This document shows positions 37,554 through 47,129 of a stretch of 64,000 nt of DNA, piece after piece (the stretch's first letter is position 1; every line of letters begins with the position of its first letter). This DNA comes from Candidatus Hecatella orcuttiae (GTDB lineage: Archaea; Thermoproteota; Bathyarchaeia; Hecatellales; Hecatellaceae): the NCBI GenBank assembly GCA_002011035.2, contig MTLY02000003.1, positions 64,001-128,000 of the forward strand, written 5' to 3'. The notes under the pieces were generated by a model. That model was not told the DNA's origin. It did not search any database and saw only the letters and a list, made by a program, of their open reading frames with translations. Made by a program: the position numbers and the translations under genes.

Positions 37554-38138
37554 CTACCTTTCAACTTTCTCCGTAAGCTTTAAAACCGGTGAAAGCAGCC
37601 TCTCCGCTTCCTCATCCCCCGTCTGGGTGATCCGGAAGGCTTTCATCCCGTCTTTGTCCACTCCCGCCGAAGTCAGCCTGCCTGTGGTGACCAGCTTGTT
37701 CAGGGTGTCGTTGAAATTAGCCGGAGCGGCCAGACGGGCTTCCGCGTAGGCTTCTTGAAGGTCTCGGGCGTTAACCGTCTGAAGCCCTCTCACGTTGTAG
37801 AGGTAGTAGACGATGAGCAGCGCCTTCTCGGTGTGAGCTTTCACCCCGGACCTTTTAAGCACCTCCACCAAGGACAGCTCCCCGAGAGAAAGCGCGGCTG
37901 GAGCCTTGGGTGTAAAGGCTGGAGGTGGGACTTGGGCGGACGGCAGCCGGCTTCGGGTGAACTCTTCCGCCACCTCCTTCATCAGGCTTAGATTATCTCT
38001 CACCGCCTCTAAGATGCTTCTCAGGGATTCTCCAAATCCTTCGGTTTTCCAGCCTTTGAGCTCGATGGTTAAGGGCCCTAAGCTCAACTTCAGGAGGTTT
38101 CCGTTTCTCTGAAGCGCGGTTTCTCTTTCTTCTCCCAT
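37554..38138 (-). CDS. Hypothetical protein with C-terminal winged helix
   Basis: LKLSLGPLTIELKG N-terminus, Pro-rich linker, LNKLVTTGRL...FRITQTG. Confidence 0.7.
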   Translation of the reverse strand: MGEERETALQRNGNLLKLSLGPLTIELKGWKTEGFGESLRSILEAVRDNLSLMKEVAEEFTRSRLPSAQVPPPAFTPKAPAALSLGELSLVEVLKRSGVKAHTEKALLIVYYLYNVRGLQTVNARDLQEAYAEARLAAPANFNDTLNKLVTTGRLTSAGVDKDGMKAFRITQTGDEEAERLLSPVLKLTEKVER

Positions 38139-38277
38139 TTCTCCCTCACCATTAAGAGGTTCTGAGGATAATAAAGCTAGTATCCTTAGAGCAGAGGCTC
38201 TCTACCTAGCGTAAGGCTGTCCGCCTATTCTAAACATTTATTTTCTCAGCGGAGATCATGTGATAGGGTTAAGCCTC

Positions 38278-38907
38278 ATGCCTATCGAGTTAGATGAAGT
38301 TGACTTGACTATACTTAGGGAGCTGATGGAGGACGGAAGGAAGGCCTTCCGCCAGATAGCCAAAGCAGCCCAGGTGAGCACTCCCACCGTTGAAAGCCGT
38401 TTCAGAAAGATGCTCAACATGGAACTCATCAAGAAAATAGCCCCCATCCTCGACCCGAACAAGATCGGCTACGGGGTGGTGGCCACCGTTACCTTGAACG
38501 TGGAGGTTCCCCGCCTTGAATCCATCCTCCACACCCTCTCCCAGCGGGAGGAGGTAAGAAGTCTCTACGTGGTAGCCGGGGAAGCCAACCTGCTTCTCCA
38601 AGTTTTCTTCCAGAACATAAGGGAGCTCCAAGACTTCCTTCAGACAACCTTGGGGAAGATGGAAGGCCTGACCGTTGTGTCCAGCCACGTCGTCACAAGG
38701 GTGGTGAAGGAGGAAAGCTCGGTGGTGATCAAGCCCCGAGCCGGCCTCCGCCTGTCCTGCGACTACTGCGGCCGGGAAATCTGCGAAAAGCCGGGGGTCT
38801 TGGAAGTGGGAGGCGGGGAGCGGTATTTCTGCTGCAAACTTTGTCTTGAAGCCTACCGGGAAAAGTACAGGGAAAGAATAGAGAAGATCTCGGAAGGAAG
38901 CCGCTGA
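38278..38907 (+). CDS. Lrp/AsnC regulator with C-terminal TRASH domain
   Basis: LDEVDLTILRELMEDGRK...STPTV; CDYCG...YFCCKLC. Confidence 0.9.
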   Translation: MPIELDEVDLTILRELMEDGRKAFRQIAKAAQVSTPTVESRFRKMLNMELIKKIAPILDPNKIGYGVVATVTLNVEVPRLESILHTLSQREEVRSLYVVAGEANLLLQVFFQNIRELQDFLQTTLGKMEGLTVVSSHVVTRVVKEESSVVIKPRAGLRLSCDYCGREICEKPGVLEVGGGERYFCCKLCLEAYREKYRERIEKISEGSR

Positions 38908-38918
38908 CTTTTCAAGCC

Positions 38919-40235
38919 TTACCTAATTCTCACATACTGGTAGGCCCCGGTGAGGCTGTGGAAGCAATAGTGAACCTTCTGGTACTGTTTCCTGAACTCA
39001 GCCACCTTGCTTCTGACTTTTTCAGGCGGCTTCCCGTCGACGATGACCTGTTTGAGGAAGTCGGCTATCTCCTCCATCTCAGGCTCCCTCATTCCCAGCC
39101 GGGTTACCTCGGAGGTTCCGAGGCGGATGCCGCCGGGGTTCTGGTAGTGGCGTCCCATCTTGATGTCCCAGGGGAGGAGGTTTCTGTTGGTGATGATGTT
39201 GGCGTTTTCCAGCTTCTTCTCCAAGGTTCCCCCATCTCCGTAGGGGGTGATGTCCACCCAGACCACATGGGATTCAGTGAAGCCTTTCTTCTCCCCTAGG
39301 ACTTTGAGCCCCCTCTCCCAGAGCGCTTGGGCTAGGGCTTTGGCGTTTCTGACAACCTGCTTCATGTATTCTCTTCCAAACTCCAACATTTCCGCCAGCA
39401 TGACCGCTACTCCTGCCACAGCGTGGAGATGATGGTTGCTGACAAGCCCTGGGAAGGTTACCTTCTTCACCTGTTCAGCGTAGGTTTGGCGGGCGACGAT
39501 CATACCGTGCTGAGGGCCGGGGAGAGTCTTGTGGGTGCTCATGGTCACGGCATCAGCGCCCTCCCGTAAGGGGTCTTGAAACAGGCCGCAAGCTATCAGT
39601 CCAGCCACATGGGCGGCGTCGTAGACCACTTTCGCCCCGGCTTCGTGGAAGGCCTCCGCCAGCTCCCTCACCGGATGGGGGAAGGGGAGGACGCTTCCTC
39701 CGAACATGGCCAGTTTAGGCGGGTCCTTTTCCCTGACCATATCCCTCAGCCTCTTCCTGGTTTCCTCCACGTCGATGTTCAGGTCTTCATAGCTGTAGGG
39801 GAAATACTCCACGCGGAGCCTTCGGGCTATGCCGGCGGTGCCGCCTAGCTCTCTCTTTCCCGTGGTTATGTGCCCCCCGCAGGGTATGGAAAGGGCGAAC
39901 ATGCGGTCGTGGGGTTCGGTGAAGAGGGAGTAAACAACGAGGTTGGCGACCACCCCGGAGATAGGCCGGACGTCGGCGAATTCAGCTCGGAAAAGCTTTT
40001 TCGCCATTTCGCTGCAGAGCATCTCCACCCGGTCGATGTACGGGCATCCGGCATAGACTCTTTCCCCCGGCCAGCCTTCAGCGTAGCGGTTTCCGAAATC
40101 GGTGGCCAAAGCCTCCCGAACCGCGGGGCTGGGAATGTTCTCGCTGGCTATGAGGGGGATCACTTCTCTAAACCAGCTGTGATGTTCCTCTAAAAGCCTC
40201 AGAACCTGGTCGTAGTAGGTGTGAGCATAGGACAC
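38919..40235 (-). CDS. glyA: Serine hydroxymethyltransferase
   Basis: LIASEN, RYAEG, YDAAHVAGL, STHKTLPGP, FPGLVSNHH, GIRLGT. Confidence 0.96.
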   Translation of the reverse strand: MSYAHTYYDQVLRLLEEHHSWFREVIPLIASENIPSPAVREALATDFGNRYAEGWPGERVYAGCPYIDRVEMLCSEMAKKLFRAEFADVRPISGVVANLVVYSLFTEPHDRMFALSIPCGGHITTGKRELGGTAGIARRLRVEYFPYSYEDLNIDVEETRKRLRDMVREKDPPKLAMFGGSVLPFPHPVRELAEAFHEAGAKVVYDAAHVAGLIACGLFQDPLREGADAVTMSTHKTLPGPQHGMIVARQTYAEQVKKVTFPGLVSNHHLHAVAGVAVMLAEMLEFGREYMKQVVRNAKALAQALWERGLKVLGEKKGFTESHVVWVDITPYGDGGTLEKKLENANIITNRNLLPWDIKMGRHYQNPGGIRLGTSEVTRLGMREPEMEEIADFLKQVIVDGKPPEKVRSKVAEFRKQYQKVHYCFHSLTGAYQYVRIR

Positions 40236-40407
40236 AAGGGAGTCCTCCTGAACTCTTTCTCAATAGTATGCAGTAGGATAAAAGAATTCTCGGCCTTTGA
40301 AGGGGAAATTCAGCTTTTCTAGGCTGAAAACTCTGGCTTAAATCCTAGAGACCTACCCTAAAATTGAAGTAGGCTAAATATTGTAGTTTGAGATATATTT
40401 AGTTAAG

Positions 40408-41208
40408 GTGAACTTTTTGACTCATCAAAAACTACCCAAGGATGTGCTGTGCGGAATCTACTCTCCAGGGCGGCGGCTGGTTGAGTTCGCCGTGGAAAAG
40501 AAGAACGTGGTAGGGGCTTTGGCGAAGATCTCAGGCGAAATCGCCCGGCTGGGCGTAGACGTTTTCTCAGGTTTCCTCACAGCGTATCCGGGTGAGGAGC
40601 GTTCGCTGTGGAGTTTTGTCGCCGACTTGACAGGCCTTGATTTGACGCCTGAAAAGGTTGCGGAGGAGCTTAGAAAACTCGATGTGGTGTTGAATGTCAG
40701 ATACGCGGAAGCGAGGCTCGACGGCTTGATCATCGACGACTTGCACTTTCCCCTGAAGGCTTCGCTGGGGGAAAGAAACATTCTCATACGCGTCAAGTCA
40801 GTGGCAGACATGTTTGATAGGATCTTTAAAGACTTCGGCACCGGCGGAGTGGCCATCGTCTACAAGATGGGTCTAGAGGCGGGGAAGCGCAAGGCAGAAG
40901 CCACCAAGGCCCACTACAGAGTAGACGGGCGGGAGATGTTGGAAATAATCTTGGCTGAACGGATAGCGAAAGGCTGGGGAATCCCAAGGCTGATAGAATT
41001 CAACCAAGAAGAGGCTGAGGCTACGGTGGAGGTTCAGGAACTGTTCGAATGCACCCCCTACAAGGGGAGGCTGAAGGAAGCCCGGAGCCATCTTTTCAGG
41101 GGGTACCTCAGCGGAGTGCTGACTGTGCTGTTTGGCAGAGAGGTTTTAGTCTCCGAGGTTGAGTGCATCGCCAAAGGAGACCCCTACTGCAAGTTTAAAG
41201 TTTCATAA
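40408..41208 (+). CDS. ACT-domain plus V4R-domain protein
   Basis: NVVGALAKIS (ACT); GWG, FEC, FRGYLSG, EVECIAKGDPYCKF (V4R). Confidence 0.8.
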   Translation: MNFLTHQKLPKDVLCGIYSPGRRLVEFAVEKKNVVGALAKISGEIARLGVDVFSGFLTAYPGEERSLWSFVADLTGLDLTPEKVAEELRKLDVVLNVRYAEARLDGLIIDDLHFPLKASLGERNILIRVKSVADMFDRIFKDFGTGGVAIVYKMGLEAGKRKAEATKAHYRVDGREMLEIILAERIAKGWGIPRLIEFNQEEAEATVEVQELFECTPYKGRLKEARSHLFRGYLSGVLTVLFGREVLVSEVECIAKGDPYCKFKVS

Positions 41209-41239
41209 CTCATATACTTAAGATGATTAGGGGAAGGTT

Positions 41240-41710
41240 TTGTCCGAGAAAAGTATGTTGGAGAAGCTCCAGGGCTATTATTCCGTTGAACTGTATTCAG
41301 AAATCGAGTACAAGAGGTTCGCCGATAAGACCGATAACGTCTACGCCAAAAGCTTGTACACGAAACTGGCTGAAGATGAAAGGCGGCATCAAGGAATACT
41401 GAAGGACATCGCTGCATTCTACCATCCGGATTGGAGAGACATCCTAGTAGAGGTGAAGCCTTCGACTCCCATCCAACCCGAGAAACTAACCATCACCTCC
41501 GAAGTTCAAGAAGCCTACCACGCTATGAAATTCCACCTGAAACTGGAGTTCCTAGCCGTGACGGAATACAGGAAGACAGCCCAAGAAACCCGGGAGCCCA
41601 AGCTCAGAGACCTATGGTTGAATCTAGCATCCGACGAGGAAAGACATCACCGCGAGATAAACTCCCTACTCCAAGCCTTCGAAAAAGCCTACAAAGAGAT
41701 TATAAAATAG
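41240..41710 (+). CDS. Rubrerythrin/ferritin-like di-iron protein
   Basis: Two repeats: E...Y...LAEDERRH and E...Y...LASDEERH. Confidence 0.8.
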   Translation: MSEKSMLEKLQGYYSVELYSEIEYKRFADKTDNVYAKSLYTKLAEDERRHQGILKDIAAFYHPDWRDILVEVKPSTPIQPEKLTITSEVQEAYHAMKFHLKLEFLAVTEYRKTAQETREPKLRDLWLNLASDEERHHREINSLLQAFEKAYKEIIK

Positions 41711-41722
41711 ACCGCCCGGCTT

Positions 41723-42775
41723 CTACTCAACTTTGACGTGGAAAAAGCTTCTTGTGCTTTTACAGAGCCAGACTAGGAAGAGCATGAAGGGAACTTCGGT
41801 TAAGACTCCCACAACGGTAGCCAAAGCCGCCCCTGAGGCTAGGCCGAATAGAACCGTAGCCACAGCGATGGCCACCTCGAAATGGTTGCTTCCCGCGATG
41901 ATGGCAGTGGGCGCAGCGTCCTCATAGGAGAGATGGATGACCTTGGAAAGCAGATAGGCTATTCCGAAGACAAGGAGGATGTTGGCGAAGATACCCGTTG
42001 CGATCATTCCGATCACCAAGGGCTGCTCCACCACCACGTAGCCCTGCAGGGAAAACAGCACCACCAAGGTGATGAGCAAGGCGACGACGGAGGCCCTGCC
42101 CAGCCGGGGGGCAAGTCTCAAGTTAAACCACTCGAGGCCCCTCCTCTTGATGGTTTGGCTTCGCGTAATATAGCCTGCGATGAGAGGGACGACGATGTAG
42201 ACCGTCACGGCGAAGGCTATGGTCTCCCAAGGAACCACGATGCCGGAAATCCCTAGGAGATAAACAGCCAAAGGAGCGTAGAGGACCACCATGGTCAGGG
42301 AATTTATAGCCGTCATGACAAGGGTGTGCCCCATGTTCCCGCGGGCTAGGTAGCTCCAAACGAGGACCATGGCAGTGCAGGGGGCGACGCCTAGGAGGAT
42401 CAGTCCCGCCCTGTACTGGGCGGAAAGCTCCGAAGACAGGAAAGGGGCGAAGACCACACCTAAAAATAGCCAAGCGAAGAAGGCCATGGTGAAAGGCTTC
42501 ACCGCCCAGTTGGCGAAGAGGGTGGCGGCGATGGGCTTAGGGGTCTTCCCCGCCTTCACAACCTCTTTAAAATCAATCTGCACCATGATGGGGTAGATCA
42601 TGGCGAAAAGGCAGACAGCGATGGGAATGGACACGTAAGCCACGGTCAACTTGCTGAGAACGTCGGATATCTGCGGGAAAAGCCTCCCCAAGCCAATGCC
42701 GGCGATTATGCAGAGAACCACCCAGACGCTCAGGTATTTCTCCCAAACCCCCAGCCTTCTTTCCTTCGTAGCCAT
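41723..42775 (-). CDS. acr3: Arsenite efflux transporter Acr3
   Basis: EKYLSVWV, MIYPIM, NWAVKPF, APCTAMVLVW, SNHFEVAIA, EVP. Confidence 0.95.
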   Translation of the reverse strand: MATKERRLGVWEKYLSVWVVLCIIAGIGLGRLFPQISDVLSKLTVAYVSIPIAVCLFAMIYPIMVQIDFKEVVKAGKTPKPIAATLFANWAVKPFTMAFFAWLFLGVVFAPFLSSELSAQYRAGLILLGVAPCTAMVLVWSYLARGNMGHTLVMTAINSLTMVVLYAPLAVYLLGISGIVVPWETIAFAVTVYIVVPLIAGYITRSQTIKRRGLEWFNLRLAPRLGRASVVALLITLVVLFSLQGYVVVEQPLVIGMIATGIFANILLVFGIAYLLSKVIHLSYEDAAPTAIIAGSNHFEVAIAVATVLFGLASGAALATVVGVLTEVPFMLFLVWLCKSTRSFFHVKVE

Positions 42776-42918
42776 CCCACCGGCACGCTCAGGAGCGATA
42801 TTTCTTTCGTCTTTCTTATTATTGACTTTCTATTTGAATTCAATCAACTATGCTGACGCATCTATATGAGTTTGGTTCTGATAAGAAAATATAGGGTAAA
42901 AAAAGGCCTTTTTACGCG

Positions 42919-43857
42919 CTAAGATTTTTTGAGCAGCTTTACCAAAAAAGGCGCAGTGATAAGCATAATCATCCCATAGACAGCGGAAGGTAAAGCCACC
43001 TCAGGGCTGAAGAATTGGAGGGCGACGGCGGTTCCGACGCCGAATTCCTTCATGCCGACGGTAAACATGTAGGTCTTAGAGCCTCCCTCAAACTTCATCA
43101 ATTTTCCAGCTAGGGAGCCGATTAGGTAGCCGCTGAGGTTTAGGATCAGCAGCAACACAGCTAACCAGATGACGCCTATGCTTAGGATGGCCTCAGCATT
43201 GCTGGATGCCACGGTGAATATCAGCAGGACCACCATAACTGACGACAGAGAGGAAAACCGCTCCCTGTATTCTGCCAGTTTTTGAAATCTTGTCCGCAGC
43301 AAGGAGCCTAAAATGACAGGTAAGGCTACAATGAGCAACAGTTCCATCAGCATTTCACCCGCGTCTACAGCCACCGACCTCCCAGCAAACAGCGAAAGCA
43401 ACAGGGGCATGATGAAGGGTGCCACTAGGATGGAGCTTCCCATGATAGCTGTGGCGAGGGCGAGGTTTCCGCCTGCAAGGTAGACCATCAAGGCGGAGGT
43501 TATCTCAGAGGGAGCAACGCCGATTATCAAGATGCCTAGGGCGGTGTGGGGGTTTTCTGCCCAGAATGTGAGGGACAGAGCTACAACCGGAATCACGGAG
43601 TATTGAACCCCCAGCGCGGCCAGTATTTTTTGAGGGGTTCTCGCCACTCTTCCGAAGTCTTGGAAGGTAAGTGTTAACCCCAAACCTAGAATCATCACGA
43701 ACAAGATGGGGTCTACGTAGTGGGAGAGAAAGGAAAATTTGGGAAACAGCACGCCGGTGATCGCGAAAACGATCACCAGAAACAGAAGGTTGTCGTTAAT
43801 CCATCTGGATAATCCCATGGATAAGGCCCTTAGGGAAAAAGATGGAGGCTCAAACAA
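42919..43857 (-). CDS. Bile acid:sodium symporter (BASS) family transporter
   Basis: GLGLTL...DF, QYSVIP, APS, AGGNLALA; many TM helices. Confidence 0.85.
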   Translation of the reverse strand: MFEPPSFSLRALSMGLSRWINDNLLFLVIVFAITGVLFPKFSFLSHYVDPILFVMILGLGLTLTFQDFGRVARTPQKILAALGVQYSVIPVVALSLTFWAENPHTALGILIIGVAPSEITSALMVYLAGGNLALATAIMGSSILVAPFIMPLLLSLFAGRSVAVDAGEMLMELLLIVALPVILGSLLRTRFQKLAEYRERFSSLSSVMVVLLIFTVASSNAEAILSIGVIWLAVLLLILNLSGYLIGSLAGKLMKFEGGSKTYMFTVGMKEFGVGTAVALQFFSPEVALPSAVYGMIMLITAPFLVKLLKKS

Positions 43858-43928
43858 TTAAGCCGTTCGCAGGCGGCTGCCTATCACTTAGATAAACAAC
43901 CAAAACCCATATAATACCAAGCCCTTAC

Positions 43929-44729
43929 ATGTCTTTAGCCATGACCCTCCGCTCCAGACAGCTTAAAACCCCCAACCTCAGACAGGTTTCTCTCGTCTGC
44001 GGCTTCCCGGACATGGGGTTTGTGGGAAAGCAGTCCGTGGACTATCTCATCCAAGAGCTTAAAGCAGAGCTTTTCCGGGAGCTCTACTCCTCCCACTTCC
44101 CTCCCCACGTCCTCATCCGGAAAGACGGCACGGTGGAGCTGATGAAAAACGAATTCTACTACTGGAAGAACCCGGAAGGGGCGTGGGACCTCGTGTTTTT
44201 CACAGGGAACACTCAAGCAGCCTCCCCCGAGGGACAGTTCGAGGTGGTGGAGGAAGTGCTAAACCTAGCTCAAAAATACGGTGTTCAAAGAATCTTCACT
44301 CTCTCCGCCCACGTGGTAGAGTCCCGAAGCCCTGATAAGCCCCCCAAAGTCTATGGGGCTGTCACCCATGTTGAACTGGTGAAACTTCTGGAGAAACATG
44401 GAATCGCCCTCCTAGAACGGGGACTCATCGAAGGTGTTCAAGGACTTCTCCTAGGGGAGGCTAGGCTCCGAGGGATGGAGGGCCTCTGCCTCTTAGGGGA
44501 AACTCCCGCCTTTACCACTCCTTCAGGCCGGCCTATTGTGGACGCTAAATCCGCGAGGGCTGTGTTGGAGGTGTTAACCAAACTCCTAGGCATACAGGTC
44601 AGCATGGCCGAACTGGAGAAGCAGGCTAAGCTGACGGAGGAGTTCATCCTGAAACTGGAGAAACTCGAGCAAAGCGTGTTGGAGAAGATGGTGAAAGCCC
44701 GACCTCCCGGGCAGTCCTACTACGTGTGA
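43929..44729 (+). CDS. PAC2-family proteasome assembly chaperone with HbYX tail
   Basis: GFPDMGFVGK, YSSHFPP, GLCLLGET; C-terminus SYYV. Confidence 0.88.
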   Translation: MSLAMTLRSRQLKTPNLRQVSLVCGFPDMGFVGKQSVDYLIQELKAELFRELYSSHFPPHVLIRKDGTVELMKNEFYYWKNPEGAWDLVFFTGNTQAASPEGQFEVVEEVLNLAQKYGVQRIFTLSAHVVESRSPDKPPKVYGAVTHVELVKLLEKHGIALLERGLIEGVQGLLLGEARLRGMEGLCLLGETPAFTTPSGRPIVDAKSARAVLEVLTKLLGIQVSMAELEKQAKLTEEFILKLEKLEQSVLEKMVKARPPGQSYYV

Positions 44730-44744
44730 GGAGAGGAAAACCGG

Positions 44745-45473
44745 TTGACGGTCTCACCCTCCTGCAAGGTCAGATTCCTGTTCAAGCCCAAAGTATCCGC
44801 CCCCACAGCTGTAGTGGGCTCTCCGGGGCTCAGGTCCATCGGCAAGCTGGCCTTAAACCTTCTCAGGGAGCAGCTTCAACCTAAGCTTTGGGCTGAGCTT
44901 TACTCCCCCAGCTTCCCGGCTGTGCATCAGACTCGCCCATCCTACGCCTCCCAGCCAAGCCTCCCCGGCTGGGCCGGCGGGTTGTTGGAAGGGAAAGCCC
45001 TAAGCCTACCTAGGGTTAAATTTTTCCTAACCTCCGCTCCGACCCCGTTGGTGGTGGTTGAAGGCTACCACGCCAACTTCCAGGGCCAATACGAGGTGGC
45101 GGAGAGGGTTGTAGAACTCCTAGGGGAGCTGGGTGTCAAAAGAATGTACGTGCTGGCCGGTTACGGGTTGGAGGGGGCGGAGGTAGCCTGCGCCGCCACC
45201 AGCCTAAACCTCTTGGAGGAGGCTAAGAAGTTCGGGCTTGAACCCGGCTACGAAGGCCCTTTCATGGGCTTCTCCGGCCTCGTCTTCGGCTTAGGAATGT
45301 TAAAGGGCATCGAAGGCCTCTGCCTGTTTGGGAAAACCCAGCCTGACCCCGCGGAGCCGGAAAACCCCGACCCGCAGGCGGCCGCTGCGGTGGTGAGAAA
45401 GCTGGACGCCATCCTAAACCTCCGCCTAGACTCTTCCCGCCTCATGGGTGAGGGAAAAGAAGGTCGAAATTGA
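44745..45473 (+). CDS. Second PAC2-family protein, no HbYX tail
   Basis: GSPGLRSIGK, GFSGLVFG, GLCLFGKT, PDPQAA. Confidence 0.82.
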   Translation: MTVSPSCKVRFLFKPKVSAPTAVVGSPGLRSIGKLALNLLREQLQPKLWAELYSPSFPAVHQTRPSYASQPSLPGWAGGLLEGKALSLPRVKFFLTSAPTPLVVVEGYHANFQGQYEVAERVVELLGELGVKRMYVLAGYGLEGAEVACAATSLNLLEEAKKFGLEPGYEGPFMGFSGLVFGLGMLKGIEGLCLFGKTQPDPAEPENPDPQAAAAVVRKLDAILNLRLDSSRLMGEGKEGRN

Positions 45474-47124
45474 GTTGGGCAGCTGCCAGGAAAACAAAGC
45501 CTCAGCTTTCTCTTTCCAAAATTTCGAGGAAACCCCCCGCCTCCAAGAAGCCTGCAGGGAAATAGCCAAAAGGCTTCTCGCAGCGCCTTCGCCAAACCGC
45601 CGGGAGCTCAGCCGAATTAAGGCGGAGGTCTCAAAACTTTACGGCCTCCCCCAGCTGCCTGCCAACGCTCAGATCCTCCAAGCGGCGGAAAACTTAAGCC
45701 CAGCCGGCTTTCTCCAAGTTTTACGGAGGAAAGCCGTTCGGAGGACCAGCGGCGTCACGGTCATAGCCGTCATGACCGCGCCTCATCCCTGCCCCCACGG
45801 CCGCTGTCTCTACTGCCCCGGCGGGCCTGAGCAGGGGGTTCCCCAAAGCTACACCGGCCACGAGCCGGCTTCCCTGCGGGGGCTTCAGAACGACTTCGAC
45901 CCCGGGAGGCAGGTGTGGAGCCGCATCCGCCAGTTGAGGGCCATAGGGCATGCGGTGGACAAGGCGGAGCTCATCGTTATGGGAGGCACCTTCCTTTCCA
46001 CGCCTCCCAGCTACCAGGAAGACTTCATCCGAGGCTGCTTGGACGCCTTGAACGGTTCACCTTCCCGCAGCCTTTCCGAAGCTAAGTTGAAGGCGGAGAG
46101 GGGTGAAATCAGAAACGTGGGTATCACCGTGGAAACCCGGCCTGACTGGTCTCGGGAGTCCCACATCGACCGGATGCTGGAGCTGGGGGTAACCCGGGTT
46201 GAGCTGGGGGTGCAGACTCTCTACGACGATGTTTACCGTTTGGTAGGCCGGGGGCACGCTGTGGGGGATGTGGCGGAGGCGGCGAGGATGTTGAAGGACG
46301 CAGGTCTGAAGGTCTGCTTCCACATGATGCCCAACCTCCCCGGCTCCGACTGGGAGAAGGACCTGAAAATGTTTCAAACCCTGTTCGAGGACGAGGCCTT
46401 CAAGCCTGACATGCTGAAGATCTACCCGACAGTCGTCTTGGAGGGCACAGGCCTCCATGAAATGTGGAGGAAAGGAGCCTACCTGCCTTACCCCCAAGAA
46501 GACCTGGTGGAGCTTCTCGCCCGAGTTAAAGCCCAGCTGCCCGGCTGGGTGCGGATTCAGAGAATCCAGCGGGACATCCCCCTCCCAAAAACATGCGCAG
46601 GGGTGAAGACAGGCAGCCTCAGGGAAGTAGTCCGGAAAGCCATGGCGGCTCGGGGGTGGCGGTGCCGGTGTATTCGATGCCGGGAGGTGGGGCATTCCCA
46701 GTTGAAGCGCGGCCTCAGACCTAAACCTGAAAACATCAGGCTTAAGGTGGAAAAGTATCCGGCCTCCGAGGGTGAAGAGGTTTTTCTCTCCTACGAGGAT
46801 GTGGAGCAGGATATTCTGGTAGGTTTCCTCCGGCTGCGGAAACCTTCCCCCAAAGCTCACCGCTGCGAGGTGGGAGGAGGCTCTCTCATCGTCCGAGAGC
46901 TCCACGTCTACGGTCCCATGTTGCCTTTGGGGGTGAGGGAGGAGGAGGGATGGCAGCACCGGGGCTACGGGAGGTCCCTGCTGAAGGCGGCGGAGAAAAT
47001 CGCTGTGGAAGACTACGGGGCGGAGAAAATCCTGGTAACCGCAGCTCTAGGGGTTAAAGAGTATTATTACCGGCTGGGCTACAGGAAGGAGGGCCCCTAC
47101 GTGGCCAAGGAGCTCAGGGGGTAA
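45448..47124 (+). CDS. elp3: tRNA uridine(34) carboxymethylation radical SAM/GNAT enzyme Elp3
   Basis: CPHGRCLYCPGG, QSYTG.EP, MGGTF, ETRPD, KIYPT, RELHVYG, QHRGYG. Confidence 0.95.
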   Translation: MREKKVEIELGSCQENKASAFSFQNFEETPRLQEACREIAKRLLAAPSPNRRELSRIKAEVSKLYGLPQLPANAQILQAAENLSPAGFLQVLRRKAVRRTSGVTVIAVMTAPHPCPHGRCLYCPGGPEQGVPQSYTGHEPASLRGLQNDFDPGRQVWSRIRQLRAIGHAVDKAELIVMGGTFLSTPPSYQEDFIRGCLDALNGSPSRSLSEAKLKAERGEIRNVGITVETRPDWSRESHIDRMLELGVTRVELGVQTLYDDVYRLVGRGHAVGDVAEAARMLKDAGLKVCFHMMPNLPGSDWEKDLKMFQTLFEDEAFKPDMLKIYPTVVLEGTGLHEMWRKGAYLPYPQEDLVELLARVKAQLPGWVRIQRIQRDIPLPKTCAGVKTGSLREVVRKAMAARGWRCRCIRCREVGHSQLKRGLRPKPENIRLKVEKYPASEGEEVFLSYEDVEQDILVGFLRLRKPSPKAHRCEVGGGSLIVRELHVYGPMLPLGVREEEGWQHRGYGRSLLKAAEKIAVEDYGAEKILVTAALGVKEYYYRLGYRKEGPYVAKELRG

Positions 47125-47129
47125 AGACT

